DNA of 64,000 bases. It comes from Marsupella aquatica. Its lineage: Eukaryota > Plantae > Marchantiophyta. The first letter of the stretch is position 1. Each line of letters opens with the position of its first letter. This document shows, piece by piece, positions 38,054 to 50,181 of this stretch. The notes beneath the pieces are model-generated. The model worked only from the letters and a program-made list of their open reading frames with translations. It was not told the DNA's origin and ran no database searches. The stretch lies in the NCBI GenBank assembly GCA_973895155.1, contig OZ316892.1:17908357-17972356 (forward strand). Reading direction: 5' to 3'. A program made the translations under genes and the position numbers.

Positions 38054-38217
38054 GGCAGAATTTGCTTGGTGGGACCCCAAATGAAAATGTTTTACTTAAT
38101 TGGACTCTTGAAAGTTTAGGTCCGTCTATTCAAGGTAAATCAACGGTGTGGATCACTCAAGGGTCCTATCAAGTAAAACATTTTCATTTGGGGTCCCACC
38201 AAGCAAATCCCTCTGCC
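38054..38217. repeat. inverted repeat / hairpin with a 38-bp perfect stem
   Basis: atttgcttggtgggaccccaaatgaaaatgttttactt (38060-38097) pairs exactly with 38171-38208, with imperfect extension inward and outward. Confidence 0.85.
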
Positions 38218-41200
38218 AAGACAACGGTGTTATCTGTGAAATTTGCCACTTACACATGTTTTGTTTTGGTTTGGTGAGGGAAATGGTCGGCAAAACAGAT
38301 TGAGAACTTTTTGATTGACAAAAAATTAATGGCAGGAAGCAAAAGTTTTGAAGCAAGGAAAATGAACTTTTGCAATTGAGAATTGTGAACCAAGTTATTG
38401 GTTACCAATGAGTGTCTAGTGTCTATAGAGATTCATGGTAGCTTTGTAGGTATTCCTTGTCTTGAGAAGCTACCACTTTGTTTGGGAAAGAAAATTATAA
38501 TCCCTCAGACTGTACATCCTTGCCCTAAACCCTATCTCCTGTCTGGCTATTTCAGCAATTACTCCACTTGAAAACTGCATACACATATCTATAGGGGCTT
38601 TGCACAGGATTTATGTCCTTTTGCTTTACATATACCCTTGTAGAGAATTTTGCACTTCTTGGCTGAACTTTGTTCAATAGTAGTAGGATGTATACGTGTG
38701 ATACTTTGTGGGATGGCATGTACGCTTGTTGCAACTAGGTCCCACTGTATTGTCATGATGGCTTACAATGAGGACAGGGGAAAGTACTTTACTACTAGTG
38801 TTTTGTCGCACGAGGATGTATTGACAAGTTCAGCTATTGTGACTAACCCTTTTGGTGTAGGGCCTGGTATATTGTCTTTCAACGGAGACCCTACTATATG
38901 TAGGAGAATGAGAAAACAAAATGCAAAAATGGTCACTAGAAAAGAAAATTAAAATGGTTTGACTTGCAGAAGGAGCTAAGGTTTATGCACACAAGCCTAA
39001 TGCACATGCATTTCATAATTAGCGGGGGCAACAGTTGGAGGGTGAGGCCGCCATGGCAATGCAATTTGCAGAGGATGAGGCTGATACACTGACGGCAAGG
39101 CAGAGGGAAGATCCTTTTGGCTGATCAAACGGTGACAATTTATTATTATTTGTAATGAACAGTAAAGATTTCTTCCACACCCAGACTACTTTTTGTAAAG
39201 AGACATCACCCAAAATGGACAGGGTAGAACGGGGGTAGAATATTAGGGGGTCCAAATAAGGATTTGTTTTGCTCTTCTGCAGGATAGGGCCAATACCTGT
39301 AACGTGGCCTGCAGTTGTGTTTCACAGATCTTTTGAGGTTCAGTTTTTTGTGTCCCACAATACCCAGGCCATGGGGGTGGGGGGGAGGGGGGTTAGGATA
39401 AATCCTGCACTACAAGTGTGCAAGCTAGACCCAGTGAATGACGCACATTTTTTGGTGTCTTCCATCCAAACAGAAACCCGGACTGTCCATGTATTATATT
39501 TGAGACCCCAAATTAGGGCTACCTTCCATGGGCCAGGGGCAGGGAGCAGTGTTTGTTTTAGTAGCAAAAATTCGCTAGATTCCACCTCCCCAAAAATCCT
39601 TGGCCACTTTTGGCAAAAATTTGCTTCTATTTTGCTGGCTCATTAGCCAGTGTTTCACCTAATCCCAGGCCCAATTAGCCAGAATCTAACCGTCAGCCTT
39701 AAATCTAGGGAGATTTGATGGTCAAAAAAATAATTGAATAAGGAATCTTTTGAGCATCTTCTCCCTCACACACTTTACATTCGCCACTCTGGCTATAAAG
39801 TGAAATCCTTAAAAAATAAGCTGGCAGGGAGTATGATAACTCACATTGAAAACTCCTGGACCCAAATATGGATTATGTCAAGGTGTAGACAATATTTTAC
39901 ATGTATGAGTTTTGCATATAGAGCCAATGAGAATGCTCTACATTGTTAATAGGGAGTGTGAGGGAAAATCAAGTGAGGGGAAATCATACTCTTTGATATA
40001 GTATTTATATAGCCTTCAGTCCCTGGAAAAGCCATAACATTATTAACTTAAATGTTTCTGACGCACATTTGTACTCCTATCCCCAGAGGAAAATCCTACT
40101 CCTTGATATAGTATTTGTATACCCTTGAATCCATTAACTTAAATATTCTGACACACATCTGTACTCCTCTCTCCTATCCTCATAGAACCTTTACCCTCAT
40201 TAGAGTGGGTTTGATAGTTTGATACTGATGCGAATTGTGCACTTACGCAGAGGCGCCTGCACGAAACTCTACAAAGGCGGAACAGTGGGCGTGGCTGAGT
40301 CGTACGCTCGATGCCAACAAATGCTGAGGGGCGCGTGCGGCCGTGTGCTCCGCGAGGGAAGCGAGGGAGGGCAGGTAGACGCTTTCTCCTTCTCCATAAC
40401 TCTTCTGCTCGACTGCTCGACATGGGAAGCCAGGAAGCCAGTGAGCCAGTAAGCCAGGAAGCAGCAGCAGTGCGGTGCTCGAGGTGAGTTCCGAGGAGCC
40501 TCCTGTAGTCCTGTCCCGGGGTGTCTGGGTTGGCTCAATGCCTGGCAGGCAGAGCGGCAGGCAGAGCGGCTGGCAGGATTGGATTGTTTGCGTCGAGGGG
40601 AATCGCAATCCGTTTTCGCTTTGTTCGATTGTTGTTTCTTCCTCGTCGACGACAACTTACAGTAGTACCTCTGCGGAGCGATGAAGGGACACGGGTAGTG
40701 ACTGTGACGTTGCCTCTGTTGTTGTTGTTGTTGCTGGTGTTGTACAGAATGTGCAGATTTGCGGTACCGCTGCTGCCGTTTTGTGAGGCCTTTTTTGTGA
40801 GCTAGGAGGGGGCATTCTTTTGGTATTAGGAGGGAGGGGAGAAGTCAGTGAACGGGACAGTCATACAACTTACTGTTGAAGTAGTGATGTACGAGCTCGT
40901 ACTAGGCGCTCGTACTAGGCGCTCGTACTCCAGTACGATGGTAATACGATGAGGCTGCCAATCCTGCCCCTCCCCTCTCCCGGCTGGCGATGAAGAACTC
41001 GTAGCCGTGGGCTGATAGTAATGCGCTCCCTCGAAGCAAAGAATCATAGCGGAATTGTTGGAGTGGTGGTGTAAAAAGTTGCTTTATGTGATGGATAGAT
41101 TGCGCTGCTAAGGACTTTGCTGACGGAGATAAGATCGATTGCTCCCTCCGCTATTCGTAAGGTTTGGTGTGGTTTAGAGTTGTGTGGTAATATCGTGATT

Positions 41201-41854
41201 GCGTGTCAAAGATCTTTGTGGTCCTGGACTTGGAGAGGAAGGGAGAGGGGACTGGAAGGGAAGGGGGAGGAGTATCAGAGCTGATGAGAGGACGAAGTAA
41301 AGCACGTTTCTTTCACTGGAACATCACTGAGAAAGATGCCCGGTTTGGGCTAGGGAAAGGAAACAGACTAATTCCAATAGGAGAGAGCTCATGAGGACGA
41401 AGTAGTAGCACGACTTTTAGTGCTTTAGTCATGGTAGATTGTTGGTGTGGGACTAGAGAAGCGACGATGGTTTCGATCGAGGAACGGTAACGAAACGCGA
41501 GAGGAGCTGAAGAAGGACCTTTTCCTCTGCTTGTGCGGTGGTGTGGAAGAAGAAGAAGACGAACAGCGAGGAGGACAGGGGAAGGGAACTGATAACCACA
41601 AGCAGACTGGACTAGAGGTGAAAATGGGGCGTTGGTCATGGTACGTTCGCCTTGAAAAAGAAGAAGAGAGGACACAGCACATGCTAGTTGAATGAGGAAT
41701 CGGGCTTGATGGCGGAACAATCGGACGGGTATTGCCTCAACAGGACTCCTCTCCTTTCATCAACTTCTACTTGCGGGCTTCAAAGCTTTTAGACACAAAA
41801 GAGGCCCGAAGTACCGCAAAGCATCATATTACGGTGACTGCCAGAGATTCAATT

Positions 41855-44800
41855 ATGGCGAAGTATTTCACATATTTCGTACCGGCATTCCTGGTTGCGG
41901 TAGGTTTTATAGACCCTGGGAATTGGGTAACACTGATTGAAGGTGGCTCTCGTTTCGGGTACGAATTGACATGGGTCGTTTGTTCCGCGACCTTGCTTGC
42001 CATGGTGCTCCAAATGGTCTCGGCACGACTTGGAGTGGTCACGGGGAAGCATTTTGCGCAGGTATGCTGTTTGACTCCTCTACTTGTCCCATATGTGAAG
42101 ATTTTCTGCTACGAACCTGCATGACAATGTCATCAAGCACCCGTTATCTGATTACGTTCTGATGTTCTTATCCATTCGCGGCCCGCTTTCTCCATCCTTA
42201 CATTGGATCCTTCAAGCCGGGGCATATCTCTTTAGCAAGTGGGCTTCAGTTCAGGCAATGACAGCTCCTCTCTGGCTCTACTCACCGTCTCCATCCCATA
42301 TCATTTGCTTCCGCAGCTTCAGAACAGTAGAAAAGTGCTCGCGTCTTTGTTTGTGCCTATGTTGCTATTCCAGCTGAATGGAAACCATCAGAGCTAGGAG
42401 AGACGAGTCTTTGAAGCCTATCGGAGCGCGGCGTCCAGGATTTCTTCCGGTGCTTCTAAATTGGACACGAACAAGGAACAAGCTGGAATCCCCAAATTAG
42501 TGTGCAGGTTGTGTTGTAGATTAGGCCCAATTGACGATCGAATGTCGTTCCATACTTATTAAGGTAATGTGAAAGAACTCTCTACCTTAAAATGAAAAAC
42601 GCTCGTGGAGCTCGTGACCCTAGAGATTGCGGCGCCAATTTTTCGATCGGATCCTTTGGCACTCGGTCTGTGAGCACGAATGACAATCATTTACTTTCGC
42701 GTGATTGGATAGGTTGTCAATGATGGAAGCCTTTCCTCTTGTAATGTCTGAATTGCGTGTTTTGCAAAAGGCATGACCTATTTGTGATGTGATTTCTTCT
42801 AGGTCTGTCGAGAAGAGCTGCCTCCGGGAGTGTGCACTCTGCTTTGGGTCCTTTGTGAGATGTCCATCATCACTCTGGACTTCACAATGGTACGTTTTGC
42901 GCCGTCTCTTCCCTATATTTATCAAGTGGCATCAGATGTTTTTGTCGAACTCCAACACTCAGGAAGACCAAGTGTCGTCTTTTCTTTTCACCTGACTGTA
43001 TCGCTAGCGGGGTCGTTATAGCACTTCGGGCATGTAACCTGTACATGTACTGCTTAGGTGATACCCTTCTCCGTGACTACAGAAATGTCCTCATTCATTT
43101 TGGGAATGACTTTTGCAGGTTCTTGGTACAGCTATTGGATTGAATGTTATTCTCCGAATCCCTACGCTCTCCGGTCTTCTGCTGGTGGCTGTGGATTCCT
43201 TGATATTTATTGCAGTCTTGCCCCTCATGGTAACACGTCTTGCCTGAACGCTTTTGCGGCCCGTTTTTGTGTCTTCTTGTGCATTGCGATGTATACGCAT
43301 GCGAAGTGTTCTTCTGTGATGACTCTATCGTTGTGTGCTCACATTTCAGGAAAGGGAGAGAGCCGAGTTTATCACTTTTGCGATATTTGGAACGGTTGTG
43401 CTCTGCATCGTACTGTCTAATGTACCTACCAGCACTTTACCAGTGTCAGCGGTAGTGGGTTTGTTGCCAAAACTGAGGCACGAAACACTGTACGCGGCAA
43501 TCAGTATCGTTGGTGCCAATGTCATGCCTCACAACTTCTATCTACATTCGGCTCTCGTCAAGGTATGATGCTTTTACTGTTTCTTTGTAGTTGAAGTGAT
43601 GTGTTAACTCTCCTTCATAAATTTTATAATGTCGAAAGCGTCCTATCGCGGTTCACATCCGCGGAATTCTTAATTTGTTTCGTAGAGCAATGCCTATGAT
43701 TGGCATGAACAAGGTGCTGTTTGTCATGTTAATACTCTCGTGCATAGAACAGTATAGTTAGTTACGTTCTCCTTGATGGTTACTGACTTAACCGTTTTTG
43801 ATCTTCATCAAAGCAGGATAAAAGCCGGGCTAGTCAATCGCTGAGTACCTTGTCGAATTACTGCTCCTTGGGCACATTATATGCCTTTGTTGCTGTCCTT
43901 GTGGTAAACCTAGCCGTTTTCAGTGTGGCTGTCGCTGAGTTTCACAACTTTGGATTTGTGGTCCTCACACTCCAGGATGCACAGGCTCTTGTAGAACAGG
44001 TGATTTGGTCTCCCAACCATTTTCGTCGTCTCTTAAGTGATCAGTGACCCGGATGTTTAAATAATGCAATTTTGGGCAAGATTCTGTTATTAAGAATGTG
44101 CCAAGCGTCATAAACTATCGGAATCTTTATCCAAATTATCCACCATAAGTTGGGGAGTGGTTTCGTGTCCAGTTAAGATTGGTTACAATTCTGCCAAACC
44201 ATTAGGGGCTGTCCTTGTTTCCTCGCCTGATTGGGTGTATTCTGGTCTGTTATGTCAAACTAATGCACATCTCTGTCCGTTTGTCCCGCAGATTGTGAAC
44301 AATTCAGTCTGTCCAGCATTTTTTGGTCTAGCGTTGTTATGTGCTGGGCAGCTGTCGACGCTAAATGGCAGCTCGGCAGGGCAGATTGTTTCAGAGGGAT
44401 TTTTTGATTACCAGATCCATCCTTGGCAGCACCGGATCTTGATTCGTGGAGTATTGCTAGTTCCGGTAGCCGCTTGTGTATATTTTTACGGAAATGAGGG
44501 GATCTATCAAATGCTTATGTTCTCCCAAGTCGTTCTGGCTCTTTTCCTCCCTTTGACTGTTGCTCCCCTCATCAAGGTTACGTCTTCTGAAAGGATTATG
44601 GGTTCCAACAAAAATTCCTTCATTCTGGAGATCGTAGCATGGTTGTCCCTTGCGAGCTTAAGTGCAGTGAATGTCACCCTCATCTTTGACCTTGTTTTTG
44701 GAGACACGGAAGATGGGTCCTCTTTTGGTGGATTCGAGTACCTTCCTGGCGTCGACTGGTTAACAGAGGTTTTGGGAGAGAGTCTTCAAAGTTTTGTATT

Positions 44801-47783
44801 TGGTGTGATTTCCATCGGGACCACTTTGTCACTTGGTTTTCTGGTCTGGTTAACTTTTACCCCGCTCCAATTAGATACTCAAATGGCGCTGGAAAGACCT
44901 TCGTGGATAGTCGAATATGCAAGGCGGGAAGAGGAGGCACTGGGGAGCACTTTAGCTGTGCAGAATACTTTTGTGAATTCATTACATGCGAACATTATTG
45001 GCCAGGGCAATGATATTTATGCAATTCATGGAGAGGATTTGCCTCTAACTCCTATATCCCATAGCGATGTGGAAACGCTGCAAATAAAGTCAGGGGAAGA
45101 AGTTGATGAAGGTTCTTCTGCCCTCGTCAAGTTTCCCGATTTTCCACAAGAACTTCATTTGGACAGCTTGGATGACGTTCCTCTTCAGCGTGCACCTTCT
45201 CCGAGCTCCTCTTCGGTTGTAGCCTCTCCCATGTCCACTCCTCCAGGATCCGCAACTAGCTCCGTGAGTACGAGGAAATTGCTTGAGGTTGACCAGTCCC
45301 CACCAATAGAAGACACAGAGACTGTTGCTCTTAAAGAGGCTGAGGCTGAGGCAGAGGCAGAGGCAGACGCAGACGCAGACGCAGATGCAGAATTGCTGGG
45401 AAAAGATGACGACGAAATGGATGTATGGGGGAGCTTGGAACAGGACAATGTACTTGCAGATGCTCTTGATGTGAATGTTAATGATAGCACCTCTTCCTTG
45501 CAACTTGACGGACGTATATCAGGAAGAAGTGACACAAGCATCGGGAGTGAAGGAGGTAGTGGAAGCGGTAGTCTCTCAAGAATTTCCGGGCTAGGTAGGG
45601 CGGCTCGACGCCAGTTTGCTGTGATTTTGGATGAATTTTGGGCAACGTTGTTTAATCTTCATGGTCAGCCGGTTGTGCCACAAGCTCAAAGTCATTCTCA
45701 GCTGGCTGCTCTACTGGATGATGACTCCCGTGAGATTTCTATTTCGCACGAGGGCCATACGCTAGACTCAAAGCAGCAAATTTTGTCAGGGAAGAGTCAA
45801 CATAATATGAGTGATCAATCTCGTAGTATGGACGCAAATCCTCTCCGTCCCCCCACGTCATCTCAACTATCACGGGGGCACTTCCAGGAGGATGGTTCCT
45901 CCCTGGGTTACAAAAGTGAGCGCAGATACATGAGCATGCATCTGCCTGCCTATCATGAAGATTATGACTATCAACCAGCCACAATTCATGGCTATCGAAC
46001 TCCGTCATTCCCTGGGAGAGCAGGGGGTGCTGCTACCAGCCAGAGAGCAAGGCACGTGCACCAGGGAGTATCACTTTTCCGGTCTCAGACCTCCCCAAGT
46101 TATGGTCTTCAAGGCGATATTGATAGGAGTACCCCGGGAGGGGAGTACAACGTATTTGATTCACGTGAAGCATCATCGAGCTCTCAGTGGGGAACCGATG
46201 TTGTGGGTCGTGGGAGTTCACTTGACACCAGAGGTCCTCATCGTCATCTATCCCGAACTGAGAAGCAGTTGACTGAGTCTGAAAGTAAAAGCTATGATTC
46301 TAGTCAATGGGATCCCCTTGTGTATAACAGGTCACGGGATTCGTTCAGGGGGCGATGGGATCCCTTAGTCTATCGTGCCACAGGAGAGCTAGACATCAAG
46401 AATACTGTGGCAACAGGGGTCATGCAGGAGATGAACCATCGGTCAAACTTTGGCCACTCTCCCATTGGTCGTGGTGTGCATGGTGATCACGTAGAAAGTG
46501 CGCCATTGGTCTTTGATGAGTTGTCTCCTTCACAATCGCATAGAGATGCCTTCTCGATTCAAACTCCCACCTCCAGACCTCAGACCCAGTCCTTATGGTC
46601 ACGGCAGCCTTTTGAGCAATTGTTTGGTGCTACTGATGGTGATGGTCTTCCTTCTACTGTGCGGAAGCTAAGTAGGAGCGCTCCTCGCTTGGTGCAACCG
46701 TCACATGCCGATAATACTGTGTCAGCTGGGGGAGAAATAGAGTTAGATGTCCTGGAAAATCTGCAGAATTGTCTAGGGAAGCTTCTTCGTTTGGAAGGTT
46801 CAGAGTGGCTATTTCGGAGGGACAATGGAGCAGACGAAGATCTTATAGCTGCTATAGCTACGTTCCAGAAAAAGTCAGTGGAAGCTGAAGTAAGTGAGCT
46901 CCACAGGTCACTTGGTAATCAAGAATATCAGTTTGAGGGTAACAGTCGGGCTCATGCTCGTAGAAGCAACAGTGGTTCAATGTCAGCAAAACGACAGCGA
47001 ACTGTTGTTCCTAATTGTGGCAAGGGTTGTGTTTGGGATCCTTCACTTCTGGTCAGCTTCGGTGTGTGGTGTGTGCACCGTTTCCTGGAGTTATCTCTCA
47101 TGGAAAGTCGACCCGATTTGTGGGGAAAGTACACGTATGTACTGAACAGGCTGCAGGTATGATTTGTCAACGCCTTGGAGTTTTGAACTTAGTTCTTTTT
47201 GCTGACTAAGATGCCCTGCAGTTGTTATCTTCATGGGTAGCTGTTTAGAACTTGGATGTAAAGAGCTGATCAATGGGACTTTACGCAGAAATTTGCGATG
47301 ATGATTGTATTGGGTGGCATTGGGGGCCACACTAACTTGTGCGACTTTATTGCGGCCTTGCAGGGTATTTTGGAGCCTGCATTTTCAAAGCCCCGAGTAG
47401 TCCCTCTTTTTTGTAGGTGCGTCAGTCAGGGGATTGATACAGGTAGGCGCAAGACTTCAACTAAACTAGGAAGTGTACATGATCATGGCAATGTGGATTT
47501 TGAAAGCTCCTCAATTCAGAGCTACCCGCATCCATGGCCTTGGGGCAGAAATACTAGTTCTGTCAAAGGGAAGGGTCTGAGTGCTGCAACCTTCTTGGAT
47601 ATGATTAAAGAGGTGGAAACAGCAGTGGGTTCTCGTAAGGGGCGGACAGGCACCGCTGCTGGAGATGTGGCATTCCCTAAAGGAAAAGAGAATCTGGCAT
47701 CTGTGTTGAAAAGGTATAAACGGAGGCTTTCTAGTAAGCCTCCAGGATTAGCTGGACCGGTTAATGGTGGTCGCAAAGTGTAA
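41855..47783 (+). CDS. EIN2: ETHYLENE INSENSITIVE 2, 7 coding exons, ~1361 aa
   Basis: Exons 41855-42061, 42803-42889, 43119-43229, 43350-43562, 43817-43999, 44292-47156 and 47364-47783 (all GT-AG, phase 0). NRAMP-like N-terminus. CEND motifs [83 protein letters not shown] and NLS LKRYKRRL. Confidence 0.97.
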
Positions 47784-50181
47784 CGGGATTTTCCTTATAC
47801 ACTCGTTTTTGCAGCACTTTTTTCACAAGTGTTGTTGCCTTCCATGTTTTTTTGCGACACTTTAACAAAGTGTTGTTTTCTTCCCATGGGGAAGGACATT
47901 TGAATTATAAGGTCTTTTTATCTCCACATGTACGATACAAGAGATAGTGGCCTTACCGTCTGTATTTCATTTGGTGTGGTGTGTCTTTGGAAGCAGGCTG
48001 TCAGAAGTTGTTTTGAGTGTAGTGACAGTTCCATTTGCGTGTGACAGCTGCCTAATGGAATTCTTCTGACGTTCTGATCGAATGGGCCCTTATGTACTGT
48101 TTCCTTTTCCGCTTTGGAAAGCCTTTTCTGTATTTCTACGTCATTAAATTTACTTGTAGAGTAACAGTGTTAAAATTTCCGTTGTACAGAACTTGTAGAT
48201 TCCCACTTCTACATCACACTTCTATCCTCTTACACAACTTCTGCGCGATACGCATTGATAGTAAACAATCCGATAGCATGGAGTTGGGTACTCTGCACTC
48301 AGTTGTGTGCTCACAATGTTCACGAGGCTATTCTCGCCAGCGTCCCTTGGACCACCTCATGAAGCCATTCGCATGCCATCCTCCTACTCTCGCAACCTCG
48401 TTGTGAAATCATCATCTCGGGCAAACTTTGCTACAACTACCTCTAGTTCGTTTGGGAATCTAAAATCGTTCAATCTTCGATGAGCATAACAGGATTTGTC
48501 GTGCCAAGGGGCCCTTGTTATGACCACCTTGGCACTTCATTTTGCATTGGGTATATTTCGACTGCAAAGACGTGTCAAGGATTCTTACGTAATCGAATTC
48601 CAAGATTTGCTACAAAGTACTTAAAGCCAAGTATATTTCCCACTGAACCTAATTGCATGAGATTGTCGCGATTCGACCAGTAGAATGAGTATAATAAGAT
48701 CCTATCACTTCAACTTGCAGTCTCACATTTGATTTTCGCAGGCAATTGACATGCACACAACCAGCCAACCTCCATTTAGGATCCTTTCTCTTTCGCAGCC
48801 GTGTTTAGTCGTATTCTCAAATATCCCTACCACGGACAACCGTTTCATCTTCTGGTCATGATCACAGATATCACTAGCCAATTTAAGCATTTCATTTTCT
48901 TTCCCTAGCACGGATACCTCGTCTTAGCGTCATGCATACCGGTTTCACTAGTCAACTTGCGCATGTAATTGACTCATCTTCTGACCAAAATTACCGGTTT
49001 CACTTGTCAATTTGAGGCTTAGATTTCCTCGCCCTCGCACAAACAACTCGCATGTTCGAACGTAGATATAAATCTCATGCCCCAAAAACAGTTTACTCCA
49101 TAATTCTGGCCGGTACAGTACAAGAAATATAGCCAACCAGTGGCAGTTTCAAATGGGTAAAGGTAAACACGAGTGACCAGTAGAACTGCCAAATATAGCC
49201 CCCTACTCAAAATTTGATTGAAGTCTGCACTAGACCTTTACATCATTGTATCCTCAAATCGTACTGTACACATTAATTATGGTAGAAATAGCTCACTATC
49301 TTGGAAAGATAATTTGTGACAGATCCACTAACAACAATCCCCCCATTTCAGGCAGCCGGGGCTGGAATTCAGAACTACATCACATTGCTCAAAAGAAGAA
49401 GATACTAAGGATTGATGACTACCTCGGAAGCCCATGGCACCAACATGGTTTATTAGGTATCAGCAGTGTCTGGGCTACAAGCTTCTAGTGTGCCACCCCG
49501 CCAGGTGATGTTGACAGACTTTTCAGTGACTTTTCCTTGCCCCCATCCTAACCTGAACTCTAGTGCTTTCCCTTGAAGCTTTGAAAGCTTAGTAAAACGG
49601 ATCATTCCTCCCTGCCACGAGGCTTTCATAGGCATTATTTACCTCCAATAGATGCATCTGACTGACACAAACACAGAGGTCATTCTGCAGAGCCTCTCAT
49701 TGCTTGTTGGGTCTAGGTGTAAACCCTGAGAGCAACCTTTCAACTCCTCTGCAGTTCCAAATTGTTTGTAAACTTTGACGCTCTCACAGGATCCGAAGTC
49801 AACTGCTTGACCTCTACTCCTGGGCTGGAGTGCAGGAGTCCCTTCGTTTTTCGAGTAATAAACTATCATAACAGAGCAAAGCTGAATAGAGAACCTTCCA
49901 TCCTCCGCTAGCTCTACTTCTTTGGATAAGGTAACTCGTAACGACATGGTCGTCAATTGCACTCGCGTCAAGTAACACCATAATTTCGAGATTTGCTAAG
50001 TTCCTGTCCGGAAGAAAGGCTTCATCAATTGAAAAGCTAGAATATATAACGAATCAAACTCAGCTTCACTGCTAAAAATTCAAAATGACCGTGAAATGTA
50101 AATGGAAGCTGGCCAGTGAGATAGGTACCACACGAGGTGGAGCCGTCAGATGGGTGTCACATCTATTCAATTTTTCTGGCA

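Noticed and set aside
45336-45390. EA/DA dipeptide run in EIN2 and the antisense ASASAS ORF
   Set aside because: Ordinary hexanucleotide microsatellite in a disordered linker. The antisense ORFs are shadows.
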